A DNA stretch of 64,000 nt from Syntrophales bacterium (GTDB lineage Bacteria > Desulfobacterota > Syntrophia > Syntrophales > UBA8958). Both the position numbers and the translations under genes were made by a program. Each line of letters starts with the position of its first letter. Within the stretch, counting starts at the first letter, position 1. The stretch spans positions 7,779 through 71,778 of the forward strand of contig JAOAFE010000003.1 of the NCBI GenBank assembly GCA_026416455.1, in the 5' to 3' direction. The notes beneath the pieces are model-generated. The model had not been told where the DNA came from, did not search any database, and saw nothing but the letters and a program-made list of their open reading frames with translations. Positions 9,823-17,605 of the stretch are shown one piece after another.

Positions 9823-10010
9823 TTACCTTCCCCGATGCCGCTTTGGGTGCCCTCTTCCATAGTAACAATAATTTCTTCAACATTGTCTGATACATCCGGA
9901 AGAGTGGCCAAATATTCTTTTAGATCGGCTTCCGAAATTTCTCCCTTTAACAGTAGCCTCTGAACCAAACGCTTGTCCGGCTTACCTTTGATGAGAACAC
10001 TTTTGTGCAC
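9813..10010 (-). CDS. hypothetical small protein (65 aa), first gene of the tatD-thiN-thiD-cca operon
   Basis: GTG start with GGGAGG SD 9 nt upstream (10020-10025). The stop overlaps the tatD start by 10 nt. I recognise no family. Confidence 0.45.
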   Translation of the reverse strand: MHKSVLIKGKPDKRLVQRLLLKGEISEADLKEYLATLPDVSDNVEEIIVTMEEGTQSGIGEGKCI

Positions 10011-10139
10011 GTTTTACTACCTCCCAAATGAACAAAATGTGAGGGATTTTCATATGCTAAATAAAGCACAATGTCAATACACGCCTCGAGTTCCTATTTT
10101 ACATTGAATTATCCAAGTTCATATTTTATGTAAAAACGC

Positions 10140-10844
10140 ATGGACAGGAAAATAGTGATCAAAATAATTATTTTCTTTTTCGCTGCCGCTTGTGGCGTGT
10201 TTATTTTTTTCTATTTTGATTTACATCTCCTCTTTACCGATCGAGAGCGTCTTCTGACCTTCATCAACGATTTCGGACCATGGTCTATAGTTGTCTTCAT
10301 CGGTCTCCAAGCCCTCCAGGTTTTGTTTGCGCCCGTGCCAGGTGAGGTGACGGGATTCATAGGCGGTTACCTTTACGGTGCAATATGGGGCACCATTTAT
10401 TCGACTTTGGGACTCACCCTTGGCTCTTGGCTAGCCTTCACGTTAGCCCGCATTTTCGGTCTGCCTCTAGTTGAACGCATAGTTAAGGCGGAACTGTTCC
10501 AAAAATATGATCGATTCATCACTCATCGTGGAAAACTAGTAATATTTATCCTCTTCTTAATACCTGGATTTCCTAAAGATGCCCTCTGTTATTTAATAGG
10601 GCTAAGTCACTTAAAAACGCTTCCATTTCTTCTGATTTCCGCCTCCGGCAGACTTCTTGGAACTCTCCTTCTTTCCGTCAGTGGTAGTCTTCTACGGAAC
10701 GGACTCGACAGCGCCCTTCTTATCCCCTTAATAATTAGTTTAATTATCATCGGCGTCGCTTACCGATTTCGGGAACAGCTATTAGAAAAAGTTTCCCATA
10801 AGAAAAAACAGGGCCCCGAAGAGAAAAAAGGCAAAAAAATTTAG
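10140..10844 (+). CDS. TVP38/TMEM64 (DedA-related) family membrane protein
   Basis: 234 aa. Polytopic, with PVPGEVTGFIGGYLYG and LIPGFPKDALCYLIGLS motifs typical of SNARE-associated/TVP38 proteins. Confidence 0.8.
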   Translation: MDRKIVIKIIIFFFAAACGVFIFFYFDLHLLFTDRERLLTFINDFGPWSIVVFIGLQALQVLFAPVPGEVTGFIGGYLYGAIWGTIYSTLGLTLGSWLAFTLARIFGLPLVERIVKAELFQKYDRFITHRGKLVIFILFLIPGFPKDALCYLIGLSHLKTLPFLLISASGRLLGTLLLSVSGSLLRNGLDSALLIPLIISLIIIGVAYRFREQLLEKVSHKKKQGPEEKKGKKI

Positions 10845-10881
10845 TGGGAAATATTCCACATGATAAGAGGAATATTTCCAC
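10833..10881 (-). terminator. terminator-like hairpin plus U7, functional only in the minus-strand reading
   Basis: GTGGAAATATTCC / GGAATATTTCCCAC arms (10869-10881 and 10845-10857), followed on the minus strand by TAAATTTTTTT. The plus-strand reading is followed by an A-run. Confidence 0.45.
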
Positions 10882-10939
10882 AAAAAACAAAAGAACCCTT
10901 ACTTACATCTTATTAAAATTTCTAGGAAATATTGATTTT

Positions 10940-10967
10940 TTGGAATGGCATATAACTTGAATATAAA
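10940..10967 (+). promoter_or_regulatory. candidate sigma70 promoter for the K/E/A-repeat gene
   Basis: TTGGAA (10940-10945), 16-nt spacer, TATAAA (10962-10967), about 35 nt upstream of the GTG start. Confidence 0.35.
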
Positions 10968-11001
10968 AAGGACAAACAAAAAAGAAAGGAGGTGAAGAAG
11001 A

Positions 11002-11223
11002 GTGAAGAAGCTGCTTTCGATTTTAGTATCGATCCTGTTTGCTCTGTCTATCTCGGGTATGGCTTTCGCACAGGCTGCGAAGGAGGCGGCCCCGGCTGAT
11101 AAGCCCAAGGCAGAGGAAAAGGCTGAGAAGAAAGAGAAGAAGGCCAAGAAGGAGAAGAAGGCCAAGGCTGCTAAGGCAGAGGAGAAGAAGGCTGAAGAGA
11201 AGAAGGCCGAAGAGAAGAAGTAA
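11002..11223 (+). CDS. secreted low-complexity Lys/Glu/Ala-repeat small protein
   Basis: GTG start 6 nt after AAAGGAGGTG. Signal peptide MKKLLSILVSILFALSISGMAFA|QA, then about 50 aa of KAEEK/KKEKK repeats. An intrinsic terminator follows immediately. Confidence 0.6.
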   Translation: MKKLLSILVSILFALSISGMAFAQAAKEAAPADKPKAEEKAEKKEKKAKKEKKAKAAKAEEKKAEEKKAEEKK

Positions 11224-11245
11224 GCACTATCTCAATCATGGGAGG

Positions 11246-11290
11246 AGAAATCCCCTTTCGCTTTCGCGAGAGGGGATTTCTTTATTATTA
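11246..11290 (+). terminator. intrinsic terminator after the K/E/A-repeat gene
   Basis: AGAAATCCCCT / AGGGGATTTCT 11-bp stem with a 14-nt loop, followed by TTTATTATT. There is no U-run in the minus-strand reading. Confidence 0.75.
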
Positions 11291-12121
11291 AGATTCAATC
11301 CGTGGATCCAAGGCATCGCGAATTCCTTCCCCTAACAAATTGTAACCGAGAACGGTTATTAAAATTGCAAGGCCCGGAAATAAAGAGAGCCACCACGCTA
11401 CATCAATGTTATCTTTACCGGCCGTCAATATATTGCCCCAACTGGGGGTGGGTGGTTGCACACCGATACCGAGAAAGCTTAAGGCTGATTCAGTAAGAAT
11501 GGCACCCGCCACTCCCAAAGTAGCCGCCACCAAAATTGAGGCCATCGCATTGGGTAATATGTGAGAAAAGACTATACGTAAATTGCTCGCCCCTATCGCT
11601 TTAGCCGCTAACACGAAATCTCTCTCCCGCAGCGAGATAAAATCGGCTCGCACGAGACGGGTAATACCCATCCATCCTGTTAAGCCAATGACGACCATAA
11701 TGTTCCAAATGGAAGGCTCCAAAAAGGCAATAACAGCCAAAATTAAGAAAAAGGTGGGAAAACAGAGCATTATATCCACAAACCTCATAATAACCGCATC
11801 GACCCAACCACCGTAATAACCAGCAAGAGACCCAAGTATCACACCTATTATTAAAGCCACTCCCGTAGAGACAAAACCAACCTGCAGAGAAATTCTCCCT
11901 CCCCATATCATCCTACTTAAGACATCTCGACCCAGTTGATCCGTTCCCAGCCAATGTGAAGAGGAAGGCGGAGCAAGGACATTGGTCAAATCTATCTGCT
12001 CCGGATCGTAAGGAGCAATCACGGGAGCAAGAGCAGAAAGAAGGAAGAGACTAATGACGACCATACTGCCCGCAACGGCCATCTTGTTTCTCTTAAACCG
12101 AGACCAAAATCCCGGAAACAT
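11288..12121 (-). CDS. ABC transporter permease, OppC/DppC-like
   Basis: 277 aa, six-TM peptide/nickel-type permease (DQLGRDVLSRMIWG, LPNAMASILV). Confidence 0.85.
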   Translation of the reverse strand: MFPGFWSRFKRNKMAVAGSMVVISLFLLSALAPVIAPYDPEQIDLTNVLAPPSSSHWLGTDQLGRDVLSRMIWGGRISLQVGFVSTGVALIIGVILGSLAGYYGGWVDAVIMRFVDIMLCFPTFFLILAVIAFLEPSIWNIMVVIGLTGWMGITRLVRADFISLRERDFVLAAKAIGASNLRIVFSHILPNAMASILVAATLGVAGAILTESALSFLGIGVQPPTPSWGNILTAGKDNIDVAWWLSLFPGLAILITVLGYNLLGEGIRDALDPRIES

Positions 12122-12130
12122 GATTATTCC

Positions 12131-13105
12131 TCACCTCACTCTTATTCTCGGATCTGCCCAGGCGTAAGCGATATCAGCCAGTAGGTTACCTATCAGGGTG
12201 AGAACAGCTCCCATGAAGAGAATCCCCATAACCGTTGGGTAATCACGCGCCATCACCGCCATATAGAACAACTGACCCATCCCAGGAATGGCAAAAATTG
12301 TTTCGAATACTACGCTTCCACCGATCAACCCAGGCACAGAAAGACCCAAGATGGTTATCACCGGCAAAAGGGCATTACGAAGAGCATGGCGATAGATTAC
12401 CCTTTTTTCTGTTAGACCTTTTGCGCGAGCCGTCATGATATAATCTTGACGAATCACTTCCAACATGTTGGCCCTCATGAACCGGGAAAAGCCAGCTAAC
12501 CCGCCAAAAGCAGAAAGAAAGACAGGCAATATAAGGTGTTTAATAAGATCCCATAAAGCCGCAAGGGGAGGCAAATATTCGTAGTTCAAGGATCTAATAC
12601 CGGAAATAGGTAACCATCCCAGATAGATACCAAAGAAAATCATAAGTAGAAGGGCTAACCAAAAAGTTGGCATGGCAAAACCTACAAACACGAAAACGGA
12701 CGTGATGTTGTCGAAGATAGAACCCCGATGGACGGCTGCCATAACCCCCAAAGGTATGGCCACCGCCAAAATGGCTAAAAGGGAGAGGAGGTTTAGAGCG
12801 ATTGTTATAGGGAGTCGTTCTTTGATTTTCTCTACGACGGGGCGGCGATCGGGGGAGAAAGACCGCCCGAAATCAAGAACGACAATACGCTTTAACCATA
12901 ACCAGTACTGGACATGAATTGGCTTATCCAGGTCATACATGGCCTTCAATCTCTCCTTCAGTTCCGCCGAGGCTCTGGGATTCATCTGAGTCTGCAAATC
13001 CGTCGGAGAGCCGGGCGCTAAATGCATAACGGCAAAACATATCACCGTAATGCCGAGAAGAATGGGGATCATAAATACAATTCTTTTGATCAGGTATCCC
13101 GCCAT
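12131..13105 (-). CDS. ABC transporter permease, OppB/DppB-like
   Basis: 324 aa. [25 protein letters not shown]-terminus and ARAKGL...[13 protein letters not shown] motif. Confidence 0.85.
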   Translation of the reverse strand: MAGYLIKRIVFMIPILLGITVICFAVMHLAPGSPTDLQTQMNPRASAELKERLKAMYDLDKPIHVQYWLWLKRIVVLDFGRSFSPDRRPVVEKIKERLPITIALNLLSLLAILAVAIPLGVMAAVHRGSIFDNITSVFVFVGFAMPTFWLALLLMIFFGIYLGWLPISGIRSLNYEYLPPLAALWDLIKHLILPVFLSAFGGLAGFSRFMRANMLEVIRQDYIMTARAKGLTEKRVIYRHALRNALLPVITILGLSVPGLIGGSVVFETIFAIPGMGQLFYMAVMARDYPTVMGILFMGAVLTLIGNLLADIAYAWADPRIRVR

Positions 13106-13111
13106 GAAACT

Positions 13112-13873
13112 CTACCTCCGGGATGGTCCGGTCAAAGTGGATAAAGACTCCCACAAGTCTTCTTCACGATGGGCCTCTAAAGTGAGAATAGGTGAAAGAT
13201 TTTTTTCTTTCAGCAAGGCGAAAAAAAGATCGAAGGGAAAATTACCCGTCCCTATGGGCCGATGTTCATCGTTTAAACCATCATTATCATGGAGATGAAC
13301 CTCGAACATAAATTTACCTAGCTTATCTACCCATTTTTGCAGCGGTACGCGGGAAAATACATTAAAGTGACCCGTATCAAAACAAAATCTACACGTGGAG
13401 GAATCCACAGCGGACAGAAGCCGAGCCAAAACCTGCGGATCTTCTTCGTAGACATTTTCCAACACGATTATAGTTCCCAATCTATCGGCCCTTTCAGCCA
13501 AATAGGTCCATGTTTCGATGCTATTCTTGAGCCACTGTTCATCGGTAGAAACATAATAGCGACGATCAAAGGCCGGATGACAAACTACGCACAGAGGACT
13601 AAAAATCGGCGCAAGAGAAAGAACTGATTCGATACGCTTTAAAGATAAATTCCTTATACCTGGATCTATGGCGCCCGGCCTCAAATCCATGAAGGGGGCA
13701 TGAAACGTAACAGAAAGCTCAGCTTTTTTTATCTCATCTGCCACGTAAAGGAAATCCCGCTCTGAAAATTCCACCAAGCTACTGTAGTCAAAGCTTATTT
13801 CCAGATTTAATCTCCTTTCTATGAGAACTGGCAAATACTGGCGGTAAAGTTCACGAAATGGAACATGTACCAT
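13112..13873 (-). CDS. xylose isomerase-like TIM-barrel (sugar phosphate isomerase/epimerase, AP endonuclease 2 superfamily) protein
   Basis: ORF 13112..13933 begins at TTG. I prefer ATG 13873 (GAGGGAAGAG upstream). Metal-site pattern IVLENVYEED, FDTGH, VHLHDNDG, LTLEAH. Confidence 0.7.
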   Translation of the reverse strand: MVHVPFRELYRQYLPVLIERRLNLEISFDYSSLVEFSERDFLYVADEIKKAELSVTFHAPFMDLRPGAIDPGIRNLSLKRIESVLSLAPIFSPLCVVCHPAFDRRYYVSTDEQWLKNSIETWTYLAERADRLGTIIVLENVYEEDPQVLARLLSAVDSSTCRFCFDTGHFNVFSRVPLQKWVDKLGKFMFEVHLHDNDGLNDEHRPIGTGNFPFDLFFALLKEKNLSPILTLEAHREEDLWESLSTLTGPSRR

Positions 13874-13988
13874 TATTTTCTCTTCCCTCGTCGGCATGAA
13901 CGTCCATTTATCACATGGTCTCCTCGGCCTCAACGGAAAAGGGCAAAGTTAATTGACGACAATCTCATCCCATGCTAACTTTAACTAT

Positions 13989-14393
13989 ATGAGCAGGTCA
14001 ACGGATCCAAGCTCACAAGGAAGATTGCTCAAAGTAATCAATGCTGCGTTACAGAGAAAAGCGCGAGCACCGATTATTTTAAAAGTTAGGGAATATTCTT
14101 CCATAGCCGATTTCTTCTTCATCTGTAGCGGCACCTCGGATCGCCAGGTTAAGGCCATAGCTTCATGGCTTGAGGAATCATTGGGAAAACAAGGTATATT
14201 TCCTCGAGGAATTGAAGGTAAAGAATACGGACACTGGATTCTGATGGACTATGACGACATCATTGTCCATATCTTTTATGAACCTGTACGCGCTTTTTAC
14301 GACCTGGAAAAACTGTGGCACGAGGCGCCACAAATTCTCATCGACGAGAACGCAACAGAAATTAAAGAACTAAAAGAGGGTTTCGCCGATTGA
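13989..14393 (+). CDS. rsfS: ribosome silencing factor
   Basis: ORF 13953..14393 starts at TTG; ATG 13989 is preferred. Motifs ADFFFICSGTSDRQVKAI and WILMDYDDIIVHIF. Confidence 0.85.
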   Translation: MSRSTDPSSQGRLLKVINAALQRKARAPIILKVREYSSIADFFFICSGTSDRQVKAIASWLEESLGKQGIFPRGIEGKEYGHWILMDYDDIIVHIFYEPVRAFYDLEKLWHEAPQILIDENATEIKELKEGFAD

Positions 14394-15109
14394 CTTCTGT
14401 TCTGAATGCACTCCTAAATTGTATATTTCCTCCTCGATGTGCCGTGTGTGATAACCTCATGAACGAAAGCGAAAGGGGTCTCATCTGCCCTACCTGCGCC
14501 GGCGAAATAAAGTATGTATCCCCCCCTTGGTGTCCGATTTGCGGGCTTCCCTATCGTCCCCCCGATGTAAACCATATCTGTGGAGAATGCATAAAAGACC
14601 CTCCAGTCTATCAAATAGCTCGCGCCCTGGGTATTTACGAACCTCCCCTACTGGAATTAATTCATAAGTTTAAATACCGAGGGTATAGAACGATTGGCAA
14701 ATACCTCGGAAAGATGATGGCTGAGAGGTATTTCAAGGATTTAGATTTTTCATCCCTCGATCTCATCATCCCCGTTCCACTTCATAACGGAAAATTGAGA
14801 AGAAGATCGTTTAATCAAGCATTGGTATTAGCCAAAGAAGTCTCTAAAAAATACAATATACCGTGTCGAGATGCCCTTTTAAAAAGGACCGTTAATACCA
14901 AATCTCAAGTGGCCCTGCCGAAAGAGGAGAGAAAGAAAAATGTAAGAGGGGCTTTTTCTCTTACCAACGCTCATGAAATTAAAGATAAAAACATACTCCT
15001 CATTGACGACGTGTATACAACCGGAGGCACGGTCAACGAATGTGCTCGTCTACTTTTGGAAAAAGGAGCAAAGAGTATCTACGTGTGTACGTTAGCCAGA
15101 ACCGTTTAA
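14390..15109 (+). CDS. comF: ComF family protein (phosphoribosyltransferase-like)
   Basis: 239 aa. N-terminal CxxC...CxxC zinc motifs and the PRT motif ILLIDDVYTTGGT. 4-nt overlap with rsfS. Confidence 0.8.
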   Translation: MTSVLNALLNCIFPPRCAVCDNLMNESERGLICPTCAGEIKYVSPPWCPICGLPYRPPDVNHICGECIKDPPVYQIARALGIYEPPLLELIHKFKYRGYRTIGKYLGKMMAERYFKDLDFSSLDLIIPVPLHNGKLRRRSFNQALVLAKEVSKKYNIPCRDALLKRTVNTKSQVALPKEERKKNVRGAFSLTNAHEIKDKNILLIDDVYTTGGTVNECARLLLEKGAKSIYVCTLARTV

Positions 15110-15125
15110 GCCAAAAGGGGACAGG

Positions 15126-15617
15126 ATGGGACAAATTTTAACGCGAGAAGAACTCCTTACAGTCATAAACACCCTGCACAGGGAAGGAAAAAAAATCGTT
15201 TTCACTAATGGATGCTTTGATCTGATTCATATCGGCCATGTCAGATATCTCCGGGAGGCAAAAAAGCTAGGGGATGTACTCATCATCGGGCTCAACAGTG
15301 ATGAGTCCGTAAAACGCTTAAAAGGACCGGGCCGACCCATCATAAATCAGGAAGATAGAGCAGAAATTCTTTCATCCCTGGAATTCGTGGACTTCGTTAC
15401 GGTGTTTGAAGAAGATACACCCATCAATATCATTTCGGTCATAGAACCGGACGTGCTCGTGAAAGGTGGTGACTGGCCCGTGGAGGAAATTGTAGGCAAC
15501 GAGGTTGTAAAAAAACGGGGAGGAAAAGTTGTAACTCTTCCGTTCACGGAAGGTAAATCGACAACTAGGATAATTCAACGCATCTTAGAGGGACATCAAA
15601 AACAAAGTGTCCACTAA
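15126..15617 (+). CDS. hldC: D-glycero-beta-D-manno-heptose 1-phosphate adenylyltransferase (RfaE domain II type, stand-alone)
   Basis: 163 aa. [16 protein letters not shown] (HxGH), [21 protein letters not shown] and VKGGDW match E. coli HldE domain II as I recall it. Confidence 0.85.
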   Translation: MGQILTREELLTVINTLHREGKKIVFTNGCFDLIHIGHVRYLREAKKLGDVLIIGLNSDESVKRLKGPGRPIINQEDRAEILSSLEFVDFVTVFEEDTPINIISVIEPDVLVKGGDWPVEEIVGNEVVKKRGGKVVTLPFTEGKSTTRIIQRILEGHQKQSVH

Positions 15618-17157
15618 AGAACTTATCCTCTCTATCGACAACGGCACGCAGAGCGTGCGCGCCCTTATATTCGACCCCCGGGGAAATCTGCTGGCAAAAT
15701 CTCGAGTACCTATTGAACCATACGTTTCACCCCAACCGGGTTGGGCAGAACAAGATCCCGATTATTACTGGGAGAAGGTAGCTGAAGCCTGCCAAAAGTT
15801 ATGGCTCGTAGAAGGGATATCCCCCACGGCCATTGCCGGAGTTACGCTGACCACTCAAAGGGCCACCGTTATCAATGTCGACCGCCAGGGGAAACCCCTC
15901 CGTCCGGCTATCGTCTGGCTCGACCAAAGGCGAACAGAAGGCCTTGCCCCTCCTAAAGGTTTATGGGGACTCCTTTTTACTTTAACGGGTAATAGAGATA
16001 CCATTGCCTACCTTCAGGCCGAAGCAGAAGCAAATTGGATCGCCCATCATGAGCCAGAAATCTGGCAGAAAACTTATAAATATCTCTTTCTGTCCGGTTA
16101 CCTGACTTTTAAATTAACGGGCGAATTCGTGGACTCCGTCGCCTCCCAAGTGGGATATGTACCTTTCGATTACCGTCGTCACCGTTGGGCACCGCGCTGG
16201 GACTGGAAATGGAAGGTTCTTCCCGTGGAGCGGGATATGTTACCTACCCTCATACCTCCGGCTCAGGAGATGGGACACATAACGCGCTCGGCTAGCGAAA
16301 AAACTGGTATCCCGGAGGGCCTTCCCCTAATTGCCTCGGCCGCTGATAAAGCGTGCGAAGTTCTCGGGGCAGGATGTCTTGAACCTCATCAGGCATGTCT
16401 GAGCTATGGAACGACTGCGACGATAAATACAACTCTCAAAAGATATCTTGAAGCCATACCTATGATCCCACCTTATCCATCCGCCATTCCAGGCTACTAT
16501 TCTCTAGAAATAATGATTTACCGGGGATTTTGGATGGTAAATTGGTTCAAACAGGAATTTGCCCATCACGAACAAAAACTCGCCCACGAAAGAGGAAAAG
16601 AGGTCGAAGAATTATTGGAGGAATTATTAAACTTCTCCCCGCCCGGCGCGCGGGGGTTGATTCTTCAGCCTTACTGGTCTCCTGGTCTCAAAGTTCCAGG
16701 ACCGGAAGCTAAGGGTGCTATAATAGGATTCGGCGATGTTCATAACCGTGCCCATTTTTACCGTGCCATCATCGAGGGCCTGGCCTATGCCCTCCGAGAT
16801 GGAAAAGAACGCCTGGAAAAGAAAAGTGGCATTCCAATTACAGATCTCCGCGTGGCAGGAGGAGGATCTCAAAGCGAAGCAGCGTTACAACTAACGGCCG
16901 ATCTGTTCGGTCTACCCGTCTCTAAGCCCCATGTATACGAGGCTTCCGGTTTAGGAGCAGCCATCGACGCCATGGTTGGTCTGGGATTACATACGGATTT
17001 TCCTACGGCTATAAAAGAAATGGTCCACCTGGGAACAACCTTTATCCCCAACCCACACACCCATGAAATTTATAATGCCCTTTACCACCGGGTCTACAAA
17101 CAAATGTATGACCGTCTCCGACCCCTCTACGAAGAAATAAAAAAAATCATAGGTTAA
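15607..17157 (+). CDS. FGGY-family carbohydrate kinase (substrate unknown)
   Basis: 516 aa. GTG start overlapping the hldC end by 11 nt. [17 protein letters not shown]-terminal motif and GGGSQS C-terminal motif. Confidence 0.85.
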   Translation: MSTKELILSIDNGTQSVRALIFDPRGNLLAKSRVPIEPYVSPQPGWAEQDPDYYWEKVAEACQKLWLVEGISPTAIAGVTLTTQRATVINVDRQGKPLRPAIVWLDQRRTEGLAPPKGLWGLLFTLTGNRDTIAYLQAEAEANWIAHHEPEIWQKTYKYLFLSGYLTFKLTGEFVDSVASQVGYVPFDYRRHRWAPRWDWKWKVLPVERDMLPTLIPPAQEMGHITRSASEKTGIPEGLPLIASAADKACEVLGAGCLEPHQACLSYGTTATINTTLKRYLEAIPMIPPYPSAIPGYYSLEIMIYRGFWMVNWFKQEFAHHEQKLAHERGKEVEELLEELLNFSPPGARGLILQPYWSPGLKVPGPEAKGAIIGFGDVHNRAHFYRAIIEGLAYALRDGKERLEKKSGIPITDLRVAGGGSQSEAALQLTADLFGLPVSKPHVYEASGLGAAIDAMVGLGLHTDFPTAIKEMVHLGTTFIPNPHTHEIYNALYHRVYKQMYDRLRPLYEEIKKIIG

Positions 17158-17164
17158 TTTTCCT

Positions 17165-17193
17165 TTGACAACGTCTCTTTAATCGTGTATGAA
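17165..17193 (+). promoter_or_regulatory. candidate sigma70 promoter for dksA-priA
   Basis: TTGACA-17 nt-TATGAA. Confidence 0.45.
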
Positions 17194-17233
17194 TGTGCGC
17201 CCTCGTAATAGAATTAGATATGAGGTGAAGAAA

Positions 17234-17602
17234 ATGCCGCTTAAACCTGAACGTCTTGAGTTCTTTCGGTTCATGCTCACGCAGGAAATTAATAAACTCC
17301 TTAGTGAAGCCGGGAAAACCGTCTCCGAGATGACAAACGATAAAGAAACATATCCCGACCCCAGTGATCGGGCTTCTCTTGAATCGGATCGCAACTTCGA
17401 GCTGAGAATTCGCGATCGAGAACGAAAGCTCATTCAAAAAATGAGAGAAGCAATCCAGAGAATCGATGAAGGCACCTACGGCATATGCCAGGCTTGCGGC
17501 GGAGAAATCTCGGAAAAACGTCTCATGGCAAGGCCTGTGACTACGTTGTGTATCGATTGTAAGACGAAACAAGAAAAAATGGAAAAATTAATGGGCGATT
17601 AA
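17234..17602 (+). CDS. dksA: DksA/TraR family C4-type zinc finger protein
   Basis: ORF 17189..17602. ATG 17234 is preferred (GAGGTG SD). Coiled-coil region plus CQACGGEI...CIDCK. Confidence 0.8.
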   Translation: MPLKPERLEFFRFMLTQEINKLLSEAGKTVSEMTNDKETYPDPSDRASLESDRNFELRIRDRERKLIQKMREAIQRIDEGTYGICQACGGEISEKRLMARPVTTLCIDCKTKQEKMEKLMGD

Positions 17603-17605
17603 TTT

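Noticed and set aside
10097-10135. 8-bp inverted repeat TTTTACAT...ATGTAAAA upstream of the TVP38 gene
   Set aside because: It is purely AT, short, and has a 23-nt spacer in an AT-rich divergent promoter region. It is likely chance or part of the promoters.
10946-10960. Sigma54-like element TGGCAT-N5-TTGAA upstream of the K/E/A gene
   Set aside because: The near-invariant -12 GC is GA here. A sigma70-type TTGGAA-16-TATAAA fits the same region. No enhancer-binding protein gene is nearby.
10899-11335. ORFs 11039..11335 (+, poly-Arg) and 10899..11165 (-, Phe/Ser/Ala-rich) overlapping the K/E/A-repeat gene
   Set aside because: These are alternative-frame and antisense readings of a purine-rich repeat. 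Only the 11002 frame has an SD, a signal peptide and a terminator.
17147-17572. 141-aa minus-strand ORF that is longer than the dksA gene it overlaps
   Set aside because: The plus-strand product has the diagnostic DksA C4 zinc finger, an SD and a promoter. The antisense ORF has no recognisable motifs or SD.
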